From an uncultured virus (IMG/VR IMGVR_UViG_3300044732_003010) (lineage: Duplodnaviria; Heunggongvirae; Uroviricota; Caudoviricetes), in the IMG/VR virus record IMGVR_UViG_3300044732_003010, positions 1 through 64,000 of that record: 64,000 nt of DNA. One strand, given 5' to 3'. The translations under genes and the position numbers were made by a program. The notes beneath the pieces were generated by a model. It was given only the letters and a program-made list of their open reading frames with translations, made no database searches and was not told the origin of the DNA. The number at the start of each line of letters is the position of its first letter. Within the stretch, counting starts at the first letter, position 1. Positions 19,559 through 29,661 of the stretch are shown in pieces.

Positions 19559-20317
19559 ATGAAATTTCTAGAAGCGAATCGCAACACTATTTTAAAATCG
19601 CACCTAACAGACTCCAGTTCCGAAAGTCTTCCCCAAGACTTTAGAACAATCCAAATTAAAGCTGGACAAAAAGTGATTTATAATCAGATTGTCAAAAGAG
19701 AAAAAAATCACTATTTGCTAGAAATAAAGCCCCCGATTGAGGGTAAATTTAATTGGTACGCTTTTGCTAGTCACTTTGACGACCCTAATCCCCCTGTAGT
19801 CCGCAAGGATCAAGTTGAGGGTGTGTTTAATAGGCTTAACGATAAAATTACTGATTTTCAGTTTCAAAAACTAGATGAGTGCCTTAAGAGATTTGACATT
19901 ACCACAGTACAAAGAATTCGACATTTTTTAAGCCAAATAGCCCATGAATCAGCTGGCTTAAGGTTTATGGTAGAAATCCACGACGGCTCAAATTATGAAG
20001 GACGAAAAGACTTAGGGAATACCAGACCTGGTGACGGCAAAAAGTTCAGAGGTGTAGATGCTATTCAAATGACTGGCAGAGCCAATTATCTGGCATTTGC
20101 TAACTATATAGGCGATCAGCGTGTTATGGAAGGTTGGCAATATGTCAGCGAAAGATATTTATTTTTACCATCTGGACTTTGGTGGATGAACAATAAAATG
20201 AACGAGTTGTGTGACTGTGGGGCAACCGTTGAACGAATTACCCGTCGTGTCAACGGTGGTACAAATGGACTAGCCGAAAGAAAACGATATTATGAGAGGG
20301 CGTTAAGATTTATCTAA
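19559..20317 (+). CDS. Glycoside hydrolase family 19 endolysin
   Basis: HFLSQIAHESAG, DLGN...GDG, IQMTGRANY, ITRRVNGGTNGLAER. Confidence 0.9.
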   Translation: MKFLEANRNTILKSHLTDSSSESLPQDFRTIQIKAGQKVIYNQIVKREKNHYLLEIKPPIEGKFNWYAFASHFDDPNPPVVRKDQVEGVFNRLNDKITDFQFQKLDECLKRFDITTVQRIRHFLSQIAHESAGLRFMVEIHDGSNYEGRKDLGNTRPGDGKKFRGVDAIQMTGRANYLAFANYIGDQRVMEGWQYVSERYLFLPSGLWWMNNKMNELCDCGATVERITRRVNGGTNGLAERKRYYERALRFI

Positions 20318-20372
20318 AATCTTGACAATTCAAAAAGTAATCTGTATTATTTAGTTAGGTTAAGAGGTCATC

Positions 20373-20633
20373 ATGAAAAAAGAATTTCGTCCGTTAATTC
20401 TAGAGACAGTAGAAGGTTATAGAGAATTTATTAACTGTTACGAAATTGTTACAGTCACTCACTGTCCCGTAGGGGATAATTATGTAGTTGATGCGACCTC
20501 AAAAGTAGGGATAGCAATATCTAAAGAAGCTGGAAATATCTTGATGCAACTACTTGTCGATCCCCTTTTCTTTTCTTCTGATTCCATTGACCAAATAAAA
20601 TTCATTAAAACCAATGGTGATTTTCTTCATTAA
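20373..20633 (+). CDS. Hypothetical protein
   Basis: TTGACA promoter-like element at ~20322 and AGAGG RBS. Confidence 0.55.
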   Translation: MKKEFRPLILETVEGYREFINCYEIVTVTHCPVGDNYVVDATSKVGIAISKEAGNILMQLLVDPLFFSSDSIDQIKFIKTNGDFLH

Positions 20634-20719
20634 AATAAATTTTTTCAGTGTTCTCCTTGGGTGATTTAAAACAGACCATCAACAAAATGGTCTGTTTTCT
20701 TATATCATAGACATAGTGC

Positions 20720-22003
20720 ATGGCAGTTCTAATGGCAAAAAAGAAGAAAAAGGATGACAAATTAAGAGGCTCTCAGCGATCCCTTACTTCACCTAGTATC
20801 GTGTCGGTATCACGTCGCTACGATTTGGAGATTACGGAAAATCCTATCCGTGATCCGAGAATATCAAGAGAATTAATCGAACTTAATCAATGGTGCTATG
20901 AAGTGATCCACGCCCTTGACATGGCCGCTTCTGATACCTTTGCATCTGACGATGGAGACGATCAGGGATGGATAGTGGCAAAAACCCTTGATGATGAAGA
21001 AACTCCTATTAACCCAGAAGTATTTGCCATTGCAGAAGATATTAGGTTAAGAAAACAGAATTTTTCAACCTACATGATTGGTGGGGATAGACTCAAGAAA
21101 GCCCTAAGATGGGCATTAGGGAAGGGAGAATGTTTTCTAGAGTTAGGCATTGAACGAGAAGGGTTATCTGCCAACAAGTCTAAAGATTTTGGTGTAGCAA
21201 AGACTCTTTATTTGCCTACCTTTGAGATGTTTAGGAAAGAAACAGATCAAGGGGAACTAATTGGGTTTGAGCAAAGGAAATACGTTTCGGAATCTGATCC
21301 TGATTATTTTTTTGAACCCTATAAAATCTGTCATATTCGCCATGAACCTGATTTTCTTTATGGTCGCTCTCTTTGGTTAGCTTCTTTAGATGCTTGGGCT
21401 GATGTTAAACAAGCTTTCGATAATTTGATTAGGGCATCCAATGACTTAGGAGTTTCCCCGACTCTTCATATTATGCCAGGAGTATCTAGAGAACAGTCTG
21501 AGAGTTACGAACGAGACTTAGGAATCCGTAGGAAAAGTGGTATTATAACCGACCATATTCTCAGCTATCCTGGGCAAGATATTCGTAAAATGGCTAATTT
21601 TAACCCTGATTTAACAGGGCTAATTGATACTCTTTTGCAATGCCGGTACAAGCTAATTATCCCTGGATTTCCGACCTATTTCTTCCCAGGATTAGAATCA
21701 AAAGGGGGAACTAAAGAGTTATCCCGGTCGCCTGATCGTCGCTATTCTAGGATGAGATACGGATGGTGTCAGCTTCTTAGCGGTGCTATCAAACAGGTAA
21801 TTGACACAGAAATCATTCTCAGAAAAGGATTAGATTTTTATGCCGAAAATGCTAGAAATAAATATCGGATACTGTGGCCAGAATGGAGTGAATCTATTGA
21901 TGGTATGTCTGGGGGAGAAGTTGAAGACACTGACTCTGATTTAACCGATGAAGAAACTAATAAACAACCTGTTAAAAAAATAAATATAAATCAAAATGAT
22001 TAA
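20720..22003 (+). CDS. Phage portal protein
   Basis: 427 aa; GECFLEL, ICHIRH....YGRS portal-like motifs; upstream of head genes. Confidence 0.75.
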   Translation: MAVLMAKKKKKDDKLRGSQRSLTSPSIVSVSRRYDLEITENPIRDPRISRELIELNQWCYEVIHALDMAASDTFASDDGDDQGWIVAKTLDDEETPINPEVFAIAEDIRLRKQNFSTYMIGGDRLKKALRWALGKGECFLELGIEREGLSANKSKDFGVAKTLYLPTFEMFRKETDQGELIGFEQRKYVSESDPDYFFEPYKICHIRHEPDFLYGRSLWLASLDAWADVKQAFDNLIRASNDLGVSPTLHIMPGVSREQSESYERDLGIRRKSGIITDHILSYPGQDIRKMANFNPDLTGLIDTLLQCRYKLIIPGFPTYFFPGLESKGGTKELSRSPDRRYSRMRYGWCQLLSGAIKQVIDTEIILRKGLDFYAENARNKYRILWPEWSESIDGMSGGEVEDTDSDLTDEETNKQPVKKININQND

Positions 22004-23390
22004 TCAAATTATTCACGGTGATTGTTTTGATGTTTTAAAAAATATTCCTGATAATTCCATTGATTTAATCCTTACCGATCCTCCCTATGGACTTTCGTTC
22101 ATGGGTAAAGATTGGGATCATGGTGTACCCGGTGTACAGTTTTGGATTGAAGCTTTACGAGTCGCTAAACCAGGAGCGCACCTATTTGCTTTTGGTGGGA
22201 CTCGTACTTTTCACCGATTGGCAGTAGCGATCGAGGACGCTGGTTGGGAAATCAGAGATACAATTATGTGGGTCTATGGGTCGGGGTTCCCTAAGTCACA
22301 CGATGTAAGCAAGGCGATTGATAAGTGCAATGGCGAAACGGGCCGACTGCACAAGTTCACGGACTGGATGAGAACCACGGGGCTTACTGCGCGGCAGCTT
22401 GATCAGATTACCGATACCAACATGGGCGGACATTATTTGACAGCGGCCAGCCAACCTGCGATCCCCACTGCTGCCCTGTGGGATATGGTTCGGCCGCACT
22501 GTGGCGAGGTTCCGGCATGGGTTGATGAGATAGTGCAGCGGATTGAAGCCGAGCGTGAGGTTGTGGGTAAGAGCATAAGTGGTAAGACCGCAATATGGCA
22601 AGAACAGGGAGGCATGGGCGACTTTAACATCACCGCCCCCGCCACCCCCGAAGCGAAGCAATGGCAAGGCTGGGGGACTGCTCTAAAGCCGGCATGGGAA
22701 CCAATCATTGTGGCTCGTAAACCTCTCGCTGGCACGGTAGCTGAAAATGTCCTACAGTGGGGAACTGGGGGGATTAATATCGATGGGTGTCGGGTGGGGA
22801 CGAATGACGGACTTGAGCGCCCTTATGGCGGCGAGAACAAGGTTTATGGCAGCTATGGTATGGAACGCGGAACCAGGACCGGCGATGCGCTCACCGGCCG
22901 CTGGCCTGCCAACTTCATCCACGACGGCAGTGAGGAGGTGGTGGGGTTGTTTCCGCAGACGGCAGCCAGCAAAAGCGGGGGCAAAGCTGGCTGGCAAGAC
23001 CAGTACGTAGGCGGGCCGTATAAGTTGATTGAACGCACCGGATACGACGAGGCCCCCGGCAGCGCCGCACGTTTCTTCTACTGCGCTAAGGCCAGTAAAT
23101 CCGAACGCGGTGAGGGCAATATTCATCCTACGGTAAAACCACTAGCATTAATGAAATATCTCACAACTCTAGGGTTGCCTCCCAGTGGGACAGTCTTAGA
23201 CCCTTTTTGTGGTTCTGGCACTACTGCATTAGCCTGTAAGGAATTAGGTAGAAATTATATCTGTATCGAGAAAGAGTTAGAATATTATCGAATAGCTTGT
23301 AACAGATTAGACCAACCTATAGAACTTATTCCAGATGAACCGATAGAGGAAATAATAGATAATTCTCCATTACAGTTAAAACTGTTTTAA
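21996..23390 (+). CDS. DNA N6-adenine/N4-cytosine methyltransferase
   Basis: DPPY, HPTVKP, VLDPFCGSGTT motifs; GC-rich internal segment. Confidence 0.9.
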   Translation: MINQIIHGDCFDVLKNIPDNSIDLILTDPPYGLSFMGKDWDHGVPGVQFWIEALRVAKPGAHLFAFGGTRTFHRLAVAIEDAGWEIRDTIMWVYGSGFPKSHDVSKAIDKCNGETGRLHKFTDWMRTTGLTARQLDQITDTNMGGHYLTAASQPAIPTAALWDMVRPHCGEVPAWVDEIVQRIEAEREVVGKSISGKTAIWQEQGGMGDFNITAPATPEAKQWQGWGTALKPAWEPIIVARKPLAGTVAENVLQWGTGGINIDGCRVGTNDGLERPYGGENKVYGSYGMERGTRTGDALTGRWPANFIHDGSEEVVGLFPQTAASKSGGKAGWQDQYVGGPYKLIERTGYDEAPGSAARFFYCAKASKSERGEGNIHPTVKPLALMKYLTTLGLPPSGTVLDPFCGSGTTALACKELGRNYICIEKELEYYRIACNRLDQPIELIPDEPIEEIIDNSPLQLKLF

Positions 23391-23650
23391 ATTTGATAAA
23401 ATACAGTAAAGCCAAGAGATAATTATGACAAATCTAAAAGCTTATGTTGTTTCCGATTCTAATAATCATGTTCTAGTCGCCAATATGACCGAACTGGAGG
23501 TTATTGAAGCTTTAAAAGATGAGGTGTCTAAGCTAAAAGCTCAGTCGGTGAACTTAACAAAGCAGAAACAGAAGCGTAAGTGGATTAGGGAACTGTCAAG
23601 AGTTATTTCTTGTCAGTCAAGAGTTATTATTTAATTTAAAGAGAAAATCC

Positions 23651-23875
23651 ATGAATAACAATAACTTTGACGCTATTATCGAAGATTTGAGTATCGAAGA
23701 CTTGAGAGCCGAATACGCCGAATTAACCGACTCATACGATAGCCTGATGTTTGATTATGAAACATTAAAATTAAAGATAAAAATGTTAGAAATTAAAAAC
23801 CGTAACCTAAAAGCTAAACTCAATAAATCAGAAAAAACCCAAGAATTAGTTTATGACGGATTAGGAGATAAATAA
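23651..23875 (+). CDS. Small coiled-coil protein
   Basis: Heptad pattern over 74 aa. Confidence 0.55.
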   Translation: MNNNNFDAIIEDLSIEDLRAEYAELTDSYDSLMFDYETLKLKIKMLEIKNRNLKAKLNKSEKTQELVYDGLGDK

Positions 23876-23876
23876 T

Positions 23877-24047
23877 ATGACAGATAAATTTAACCCAGAA
23901 GATAAAAACTTACAGCCAATTAGTCAGTTGCTAGGGAGAGCCGAAGTAACAGCTAATGACATCCAAAAAGCTATCGATGACTGGAAAAAGAAACCTCCGG
24001 ATGATGAATTTAAAAACCTATTAGAACCTGAAATAAGTTATGAGTGA
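23877..24047 (+). CDS. Small hypothetical protein (not in the ORF track)
   Basis: MTDKFNPEDK...LLEPEISYE, 56 aa, AGGAG RBS, overlaps the next start. Confidence 0.5.
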   Translation: MTDKFNPEDKNLQPISQLLGRAEVTANDIQKAIDDWKKKPPDDEFKNLLEPEISYE

Positions 24048-24684
24048 TTTTTCTTTTAACCCTGCAACTCGACGCTATCGAGACAATCGAACGGGGAGAT
24101 TTGTCTCTACTGAAAAAGTTAGACAAATCTCCCAACAAACTATTAATGCCCGTACTCAAAAAACAGATAAACTTACCCGTGACCTTTTACAGGAAAAAAT
24201 AACTGTCAGCGAGTGGGAAGAGAAAATGTCGTTTGAGATTAAAGACTTGACTATTCAGCTTTATCGAGTTGGCAAGCCTGATATGAACGCTTCTGACTAT
24301 GGCAGAATTGGTCAGATGCTTAGAACACAATACGCACGATTAAGAAAGTTTTCCCGTGATATTATTCTTGGTACTCAATCAGAGGCTCAAATAATCAACC
24401 GCTCTAAACAGTACGTTGCCAAGTCTAGGGAAGCTTTTGAGGAGGGAAGCCGGAGAGGACACGCTCTAGTCAACAAGTGGGAAAAGAGAATAATTACCAA
24501 AAAAGAATCTTGCCAAGAGTGTCTTTTTTATGAAAGTGCCGGCTGGCAGCCTATTGGAACACTCCCCCGACCGACTGAAAGATGCACTTGTCGGGCTAAT
24601 TGCGGTTGTTACTTTATTTTTTCTAACTCTAGGACACGACCTACTCAGAATATGCTTTCGTTAAACTTTGGATGGACCCAATAA
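24040..24684 (+). CDS. Head morphogenesis/minor capsid protein (MuF-like)
   Basis: RYRDNRTGRFVS; C-terminal CQEC...GWQPIGTLP.P...C..NCGC. Confidence 0.7.
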   Translation: MSDFSFNPATRRYRDNRTGRFVSTEKVRQISQQTINARTQKTDKLTRDLLQEKITVSEWEEKMSFEIKDLTIQLYRVGKPDMNASDYGRIGQMLRTQYARLRKFSRDIILGTQSEAQIINRSKQYVAKSREAFEEGSRRGHALVNKWEKRIITKKESCQECLFYESAGWQPIGTLPRPTERCTCRANCGCYFIFSNSRTRPTQNMLSLNFGWTQ

Positions 24685-24685
24685 A

Positions 24686-24715
24686 AAACGCAGGGTATCA
24701 ATCCTGCGTTGTTTC
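24686..24715 (+). terminator. Intrinsic terminator-like hairpin
   Basis: AACGCAGG-GTATCAAT-CCTGCGTT followed by GTTT. Confidence 0.45.
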
Positions 24716-24866
24716 CTCAGCTATACACTTTCTATGGAGACAAATATTTTGTATTGAAATTTTATATTTATAGGTTGGGCTGGAGACGACACTATTAATA
24801 TAGATCAACCAACCATAAACGTCAAGTCTTTAGATAGAATTATTTATATAAGTATTTTTTATTGAC

Positions 24867-25586
24867 ATGGAACTAAAACTAACCCGCGCTGAATTAGAGA
24901 TATTGCTACAGACCCGTCATCCTACCGACGACGAGATGCAATTAATCAATCAATTCAAACCCTACGGACTCGATCCGTGGGAATCATCGGAACTGATGCG
25001 ATTTGCTTTAATTGCTTCAAATAACTTAATTCACAGTTCTGGCCAGGTATGGGATAAAAATGTTTTAGAAACTATGGTAGCTAGTTACCCTGGATGCGCT
25101 TTGATGATCGATCATGAATGGAAAGATCAGACCAAAACTTTTGGGATGATCTATGATTCTTTTATTTATTCCTTGCCTCGTGTAAGCAAAGAAGGGATAG
25201 CACGAATCCTCGAAAAATCTCCTAATCCAAACGAAGATTATCGAATAATTCAAAAAGACGGCTATCATCAGGTCTTGGTTTTCGGTTTTGTAGAAGCGAC
25301 TCACCCGATTATTTCAGAAATTTCCTATGGCAGAAAAGCCGATGTTTCAATGGGGGGAATTTTTTATGGCGAGTCGATTTGTCCTATCTGCGATATTCCT
25401 TACAGTGATCCTAAATGTCCTCACTACCCCCCGTATATGGCAGGGCTAGTAGATGAAGAAACCCTAACCCCTTACTATCGCCGTTCCGGAAAAATGGATT
25501 CTATCGAATGCAGTTTTGTTGCCAGTGGCAGTTGTCGCCAAGCAAGATTAATAGATTCCCGTCTCAATACTTTTGTTTTTACCTAA
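24867..25586 (+). CDS. Putative prohead protease
   Basis: LMIDH, ADVSMG, CPIC...C.H, ECSFV motifs; immediately upstream of the capsid gene. Confidence 0.65.
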   Translation: MELKLTRAELEILLQTRHPTDDEMQLINQFKPYGLDPWESSELMRFALIASNNLIHSSGQVWDKNVLETMVASYPGCALMIDHEWKDQTKTFGMIYDSFIYSLPRVSKEGIARILEKSPNPNEDYRIIQKDGYHQVLVFGFVEATHPIISEISYGRKADVSMGGIFYGESICPICDIPYSDPKCPHYPPYMAGLVDEETLTPYYRRSGKMDSIECSFVASGSCRQARLIDSRLNTFVFT

Positions 25587-25641
25587 AACAGAAAGTTCTG
25601 TAGTACAATTATATCTAATAGTTAGTGATCAGCAATCAGTA

Positions 25642-27516
25642 ATGAATACCCTAAAAGAAATCAAACGGGTTACTCCCGTAGTTATTAAAGATTCAGCAGA
25701 AGGAAGTGATACTCCTTCTCAAGAAGAAATCTACACTCTGACTCGAAAAGCCACTTTTCGAGGTGATTTAAAGTCTTCTGAGGGTGGTGTACCAGTTAAA
25801 AATTCCGACCCTGATCCCACTCCCGCCCCAGTCTTTGATCCCAAAATGATTCAAGAGATTGTACAAAACACCGTAGCAGAAACCGTAGCTTCGGTAAAAC
25901 AAGCGATGGAATTGGAAAAACAATCGGCACTAGAATCCCAAAAGCAACAGTTTGAAACTACGAAAGCTACCCTAGAAGCTTCTCTCAATTCTGCCACGGA
26001 AGCTATCCAAGAATCCCACAAAAAAATCGCTCAACTAGAAACTAAAGTCACTGAGTCGGAAAAAACGATTAATAACTTTGCTGACTTAGGAAAGCTTTAC
26101 GGTTCTCAAACACCCGAAAAAATGCAGTTGCCTAACTTCAATAAAACCGTCGCTCATGATGCTGATAAAATTACAGGTGCGCTTGACGAAACCTTTGATT
26201 TGATTGAAGACATTCAGAAAAATTCTGGTGTAATCTATTCGGCTCCTGTAATGGGCGGTAATCAGACAGTAAACCTGTACGATAAAGTACGATTAGATCG
26301 CCATGTTAAAAATAACCGGCAACAGATTGTCAACTCTTTAGATGATTGGGGTCGCAAACAAGGCTGGTTCAGAGGGACTCGTTCGGCTCCTGTAATGGGC
26401 GGTCAAGTTTCAAAAAATGCCCCAACGACTGCGGCGGATTTGCCTCCGTTTTTTCTTGACACTTTGTCAGCAATTCTCCGTACAACTCAAATCCCTGGGT
26501 TTGCCTTTTGGCAGATTCCTAATTACGCATTAGACTTTACGGCTCGTAATGGAACTGTTATCCGAATTCCTCGATTAAATTACCTAACAAGTTCCCCGTC
26601 GGTAAGCGATTATCAACTATCAGGAAAGGGTGAGTATGCTGATCTGACTTCTGAATCAGATAATAATAGTGCGTCTAGCGTATCGGCAGAAATCTTTGAA
26701 TATGGGCGCGGTAAAGTAGGTGCTACTACTGCAATCCGACCTGTTTCTATCCCAACTTTCACTGAATATTTTAGTGCGATGGGAATGATTGATTGGATGC
26801 AGAATACGCTGTATTACGACTATGCAAGTTTTGATAATACCATGATCAAAACGATGCTTGATAGCACGTCACTGCATTTGTATAACAAAAAAGGCAGTCT
26901 TGTTACTTCTCCTACTGGATTATCAGCAACAGGAGATGATGGAACTTTTACCAAAGGATTCTTGCGGCGATTATATCAATACGCCCACGATAACAAGTTC
27001 CAGATGTATCCCGACCAGACGTATTTGCTATTCTTAAATTCGACTCAAATTCTGCAATTAAAAGAGAGTTATAATGACGATTGGCAAGCAAATACGACTC
27101 GCGATCTTGACGCTTTACTAAATATTCTCAATCCATCCTATATTCCCCCTGGGGATACTGGAAGGGTTAACTCGTATTTAGGGTTGGTAGAAAAATTCCA
27201 TATTTTTGAAACTGGGCAAAGCGTCGGTGTCGGAGCGGCTGGTCAACCCGGTGTTCAAAGTGAAACATTGGGCGGTTCTTTAGGTGCTAGAACTACCCGT
27301 ACTGGTTATTTAATTGGAGCCGGTGCGTTAGGTGTTGGTGTAGGGATGCCGTTTCAAATCACTTTTGATAATGTCACTCAATTTGATCGTCGGATTCGCG
27401 CAACTTGGTTAGCGTGGCTCGGCTACAAAACTCTTGACGTTGATCCCGTAGGTACTGGGGAAGCCTCTCAGCAGTTACGAGTAGCTGAATTACGCACCCT
27501 AGATGTAGCGGTATAA
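25642..27516 (+). CDS. Major capsid protein with N-terminal coiled-coil scaffold-like region
   Basis: Long coiled coil then HK97-like core (GTVIRIPRL, YLLFLN..Q..QL); ATG at 25642 preferred over 25573. Confidence 0.75.
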   Translation: MNTLKEIKRVTPVVIKDSAEGSDTPSQEEIYTLTRKATFRGDLKSSEGGVPVKNSDPDPTPAPVFDPKMIQEIVQNTVAETVASVKQAMELEKQSALESQKQQFETTKATLEASLNSATEAIQESHKKIAQLETKVTESEKTINNFADLGKLYGSQTPEKMQLPNFNKTVAHDADKITGALDETFDLIEDIQKNSGVIYSAPVMGGNQTVNLYDKVRLDRHVKNNRQQIVNSLDDWGRKQGWFRGTRSAPVMGGQVSKNAPTTAADLPPFFLDTLSAILRTTQIPGFAFWQIPNYALDFTARNGTVIRIPRLNYLTSSPSVSDYQLSGKGEYADLTSESDNNSASSVSAEIFEYGRGKVGATTAIRPVSIPTFTEYFSAMGMIDWMQNTLYYDYASFDNTMIKTMLDSTSLHLYNKKGSLVTSPTGLSATGDDGTFTKGFLRRLYQYAHDNKFQMYPDQTYLLFLNSTQILQLKESYNDDWQANTTRDLDALLNILNPSYIPPGDTGRVNSYLGLVEKFHIFETGQSVGVGAAGQPGVQSETLGGSLGARTTRTGYLIGAGALGVGVGMPFQITFDNVTQFDRRIRATWLAWLGYKTLDVDPVGTGEASQQLRVAELRTLDVAV

Positions 27517-27536
27517 ACTTTATCTTTCTAACAATT

Positions 27537-27761
27537 ATGGCAAGCAAAGAAACCCTCGAAGAAACTTTACCCACTGTGACAGGTGGAACTAAAAACCTTC
27601 CCCTGACAAATGGAACCAATGAAGTTACTTATAACAATCTGAAAGCGCTAGGTTATCCAGTCTGTAACCGGTGTAAAGGTCAACTCAGAACTGATCTCGA
27701 TCATCGTCCATTTTGTCCAGTTAACGACACCAGTTGTCCTCTATTGAGCAAAATTTCCTAA
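27537..27761 (+). CDS. Small Cys-rich protein
   Basis: CNRC...FCP...SCP. Confidence 0.55.
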   Translation: MASKETLEETLPTVTGGTKNLPLTNGTNEVTYNNLKALGYPVCNRCKGQLRTDLDHRPFCPVNDTSCPLLSKIS

Positions 27762-28432
27762 TGATTTTTAGCATCGATGACCTCTCTATTTTCGCACCAT
27801 CAGTATCTTTACCAGAAGATGCCGTCACTGGTGCGATTTACTTTGTCCAGTCAATTATCGAAGGCGATAGAGGAGCGGATCGACCTTTAGAAATTACCCG
27901 CCATAGAGAAAAACTAAAAGTTAATCTAAAATTCCAAAATTTTAGATTAACTTATGTCAGCATAAATACTCCAATTATCAGCAATCCTGCTCCGATAATT
28001 AAAGCTAGATTAGGCAATATTACCGATGGATTTAATCGGGCTATCGCTCCTGATAGTTGGCAAGTTTTAGGTTCTAACGACTACATAATCGATATAGACG
28101 GGCAAATTCACCTATCTACTGCGATTGGTAGATCGTGGGGGTATGGCGGCTATCACGGCTATAGTCGTGAACCATATCCTGAGTTTTCCGAGGCTGATGT
28201 GGAGTACTCCAGTGGCATTGATTTCTCTCAAGATACCCGACAAACAAAAGAGATAAAAGCAGCTTTTGGCCGTATTTTAGATTGGGTATGTAATACTGGT
28301 TCTTTTAGAGGTGTTTCGTCAGTTGAATTACCTTTTGAAGAGGCAAAAATCAATTATGGGACTGGTCAACTTGGTACAATTCCTGATGATTTGCTAATGA
28401 TATTTAAAAAGTATCGCCCAATAAGATTATGA
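27761..28432 (+). CDS. Head-tail connector/adaptor-like protein
   Basis: DYIID.DG.I, VEYSSG, IPDDLL...KKYR; downstream of the capsid gene. Confidence 0.6.
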   Translation: MIFSIDDLSIFAPSVSLPEDAVTGAIYFVQSIIEGDRGADRPLEITRHREKLKVNLKFQNFRLTYVSINTPIISNPAPIIKARLGNITDGFNRAIAPDSWQVLGSNDYIIDIDGQIHLSTAIGRSWGYGGYHGYSREPYPEFSEADVEYSSGIDFSQDTRQTKEIKAAFGRILDWVCNTGSFRGVSSVELPFEEAKINYGTGQLGTIPDDLLMIFKKYRPIRL

Positions 28433-28839
28433 AAGCAATTTTTATCTGTCCACTTCCGCCGACTCTTAATGAACAAATAAGATACGCTCGTGCAAATAAA
28501 TTTAAAAGCGCAACTACTAAAAAAGAATGGGACTTTGATATACAAAAACTTATTATAGAACAAAAAATTCCACGTTTTCCTGACAAAGTATGGATGCTTT
28601 ACGAATGGCGAATTAAAAACTTTGGACGTGACCCTGATAATGTTTGTGGCAGCGCAAAATATGTTAATGACGCACTGAAAAAGACAGGAGTTATTGTTGA
28701 CGATAATTTAAAATATATCTATGGATACGATTCAATATTCACAAAATGGACGAAAGACGAATTAAAGTTAACAATTAGTGATAAACCAATTCTAAACAAA
28801 ATTTTTATAGAGGATGATAATAGCAATGTTATATCTTAA
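28429..28839 (+). CDS. rusA: RusA-like Holliday junction resolvase
   Basis: PPTLN...RDPDN...K...DALKKTGVIVDDN. Confidence 0.8.
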   Translation: MKAIFICPLPPTLNEQIRYARANKFKSATTKKEWDFDIQKLIIEQKIPRFPDKVWMLYEWRIKNFGRDPDNVCGSAKYVNDALKKTGVIVDDNLKYIYGYDSIFTKWTKDELKLTISDKPILNKIFIEDDNSNVIS

Positions 28840-28987
28840 ATTAGACCCGTCTATTGTCTGTGTTTTGATTGTTTTCGCCTGCTTGATTCATTCTTTCTTT
28901 ACTCCTGAAACTACTGACACCTACGGCAATGTTATCGTAGCAATTGTTTCAGGATACCTCGGCTACTTAAAGGGTTCCGACACTTAA
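28826..28987 (+). CDS. Small two-TM protein, holin-like (not in the ORF track)
   Basis: MLYLKLDPSIVCVLIVFACLIH...VIVAIVSGYLGYLKG, 53 aa. Confidence 0.5.
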   Translation: MLYLKLDPSIVCVLIVFACLIHSFFTPETTDTYGNVIVAIVSGYLGYLKGSDT

Positions 28988-29418
28988 CTACCCTGATCAA
29001 ATCTTGCATAAAGTTTAATTCTCCGTCCTAGTTTTGCGGCAATTCCTAGCTGCTGGCTTGTCGGAGACTCAAACACATTTAACTGTCTGACAAGACCGAT
29101 TCTGTTATTAATTGTTACTTGTAATTCCCCTGTAGCCTGAATTGGGAACGGGTAATCTTTAGGCTTTACCAATCTTCCCTCAAAATATTCACAATCGAGA
29201 TAACTACCTTCTTCTACTTCTGCCACAGGCGGTTTTGACTGTTGCAACCAACAAGCAATTACTACAGACTCTATAGAAGATGCTCGCATAATAGGATTAC
29301 CAACGGCATCGGTAGTCATGGTAGAGCCTGCAGCTACAGAAAAGGATAGAGAAGCATTAGCCTTAATTGTGGGATTTTCTAGAAACTTTCCCGCAACTCC
29401 AATAGCACTGTCGAACAT
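28984..29418 (-). CDS. Hypothetical protein, possibly head-closure-like
   Basis: TTDAVGNP motif typical of head-completion proteins; ATG at 29418. Confidence 0.45.
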   Translation of the reverse strand: MFDSAIGVAGKFLENPTIKANASLSFSVAAGSTMTTDAVGNPIMRASSIESVVIACWLQQSKPPVAEVEEGSYLDCEYFEGRLVKPKDYPFPIQATGELQVTINNRIGLVRQLNVFESPTSQQLGIAAKLGRRIKLYARFDQGS

Positions 29419-29661
29419 TTGTATTGATATAAATTTTTCTAATTTTAGTGTATCAAAATTATCTTGACAATTCAAGTAAGAAGGCGTATAGTTGAGTTAT
29501 GGTAAATTTGTAGAAACAAGATAAAATTATGTCAAAACAATTACTGATAGATTTAACATTTTTCATGTTAAATATTGCGATAGTAGTTCTATGGGTTTCT
29601 TGGCTTTTCTTAGAAAGAAGTTAACTTATAAAGCCAAATAGTTGTCTAAAGGAGGTACATC

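Noticed and set aside
22296..23126. Several overlapping ORFs inside the methyltransferase gene
   Set aside because: Expected shadow ORFs of a GC-rich segment; no RBS or recognisable motifs
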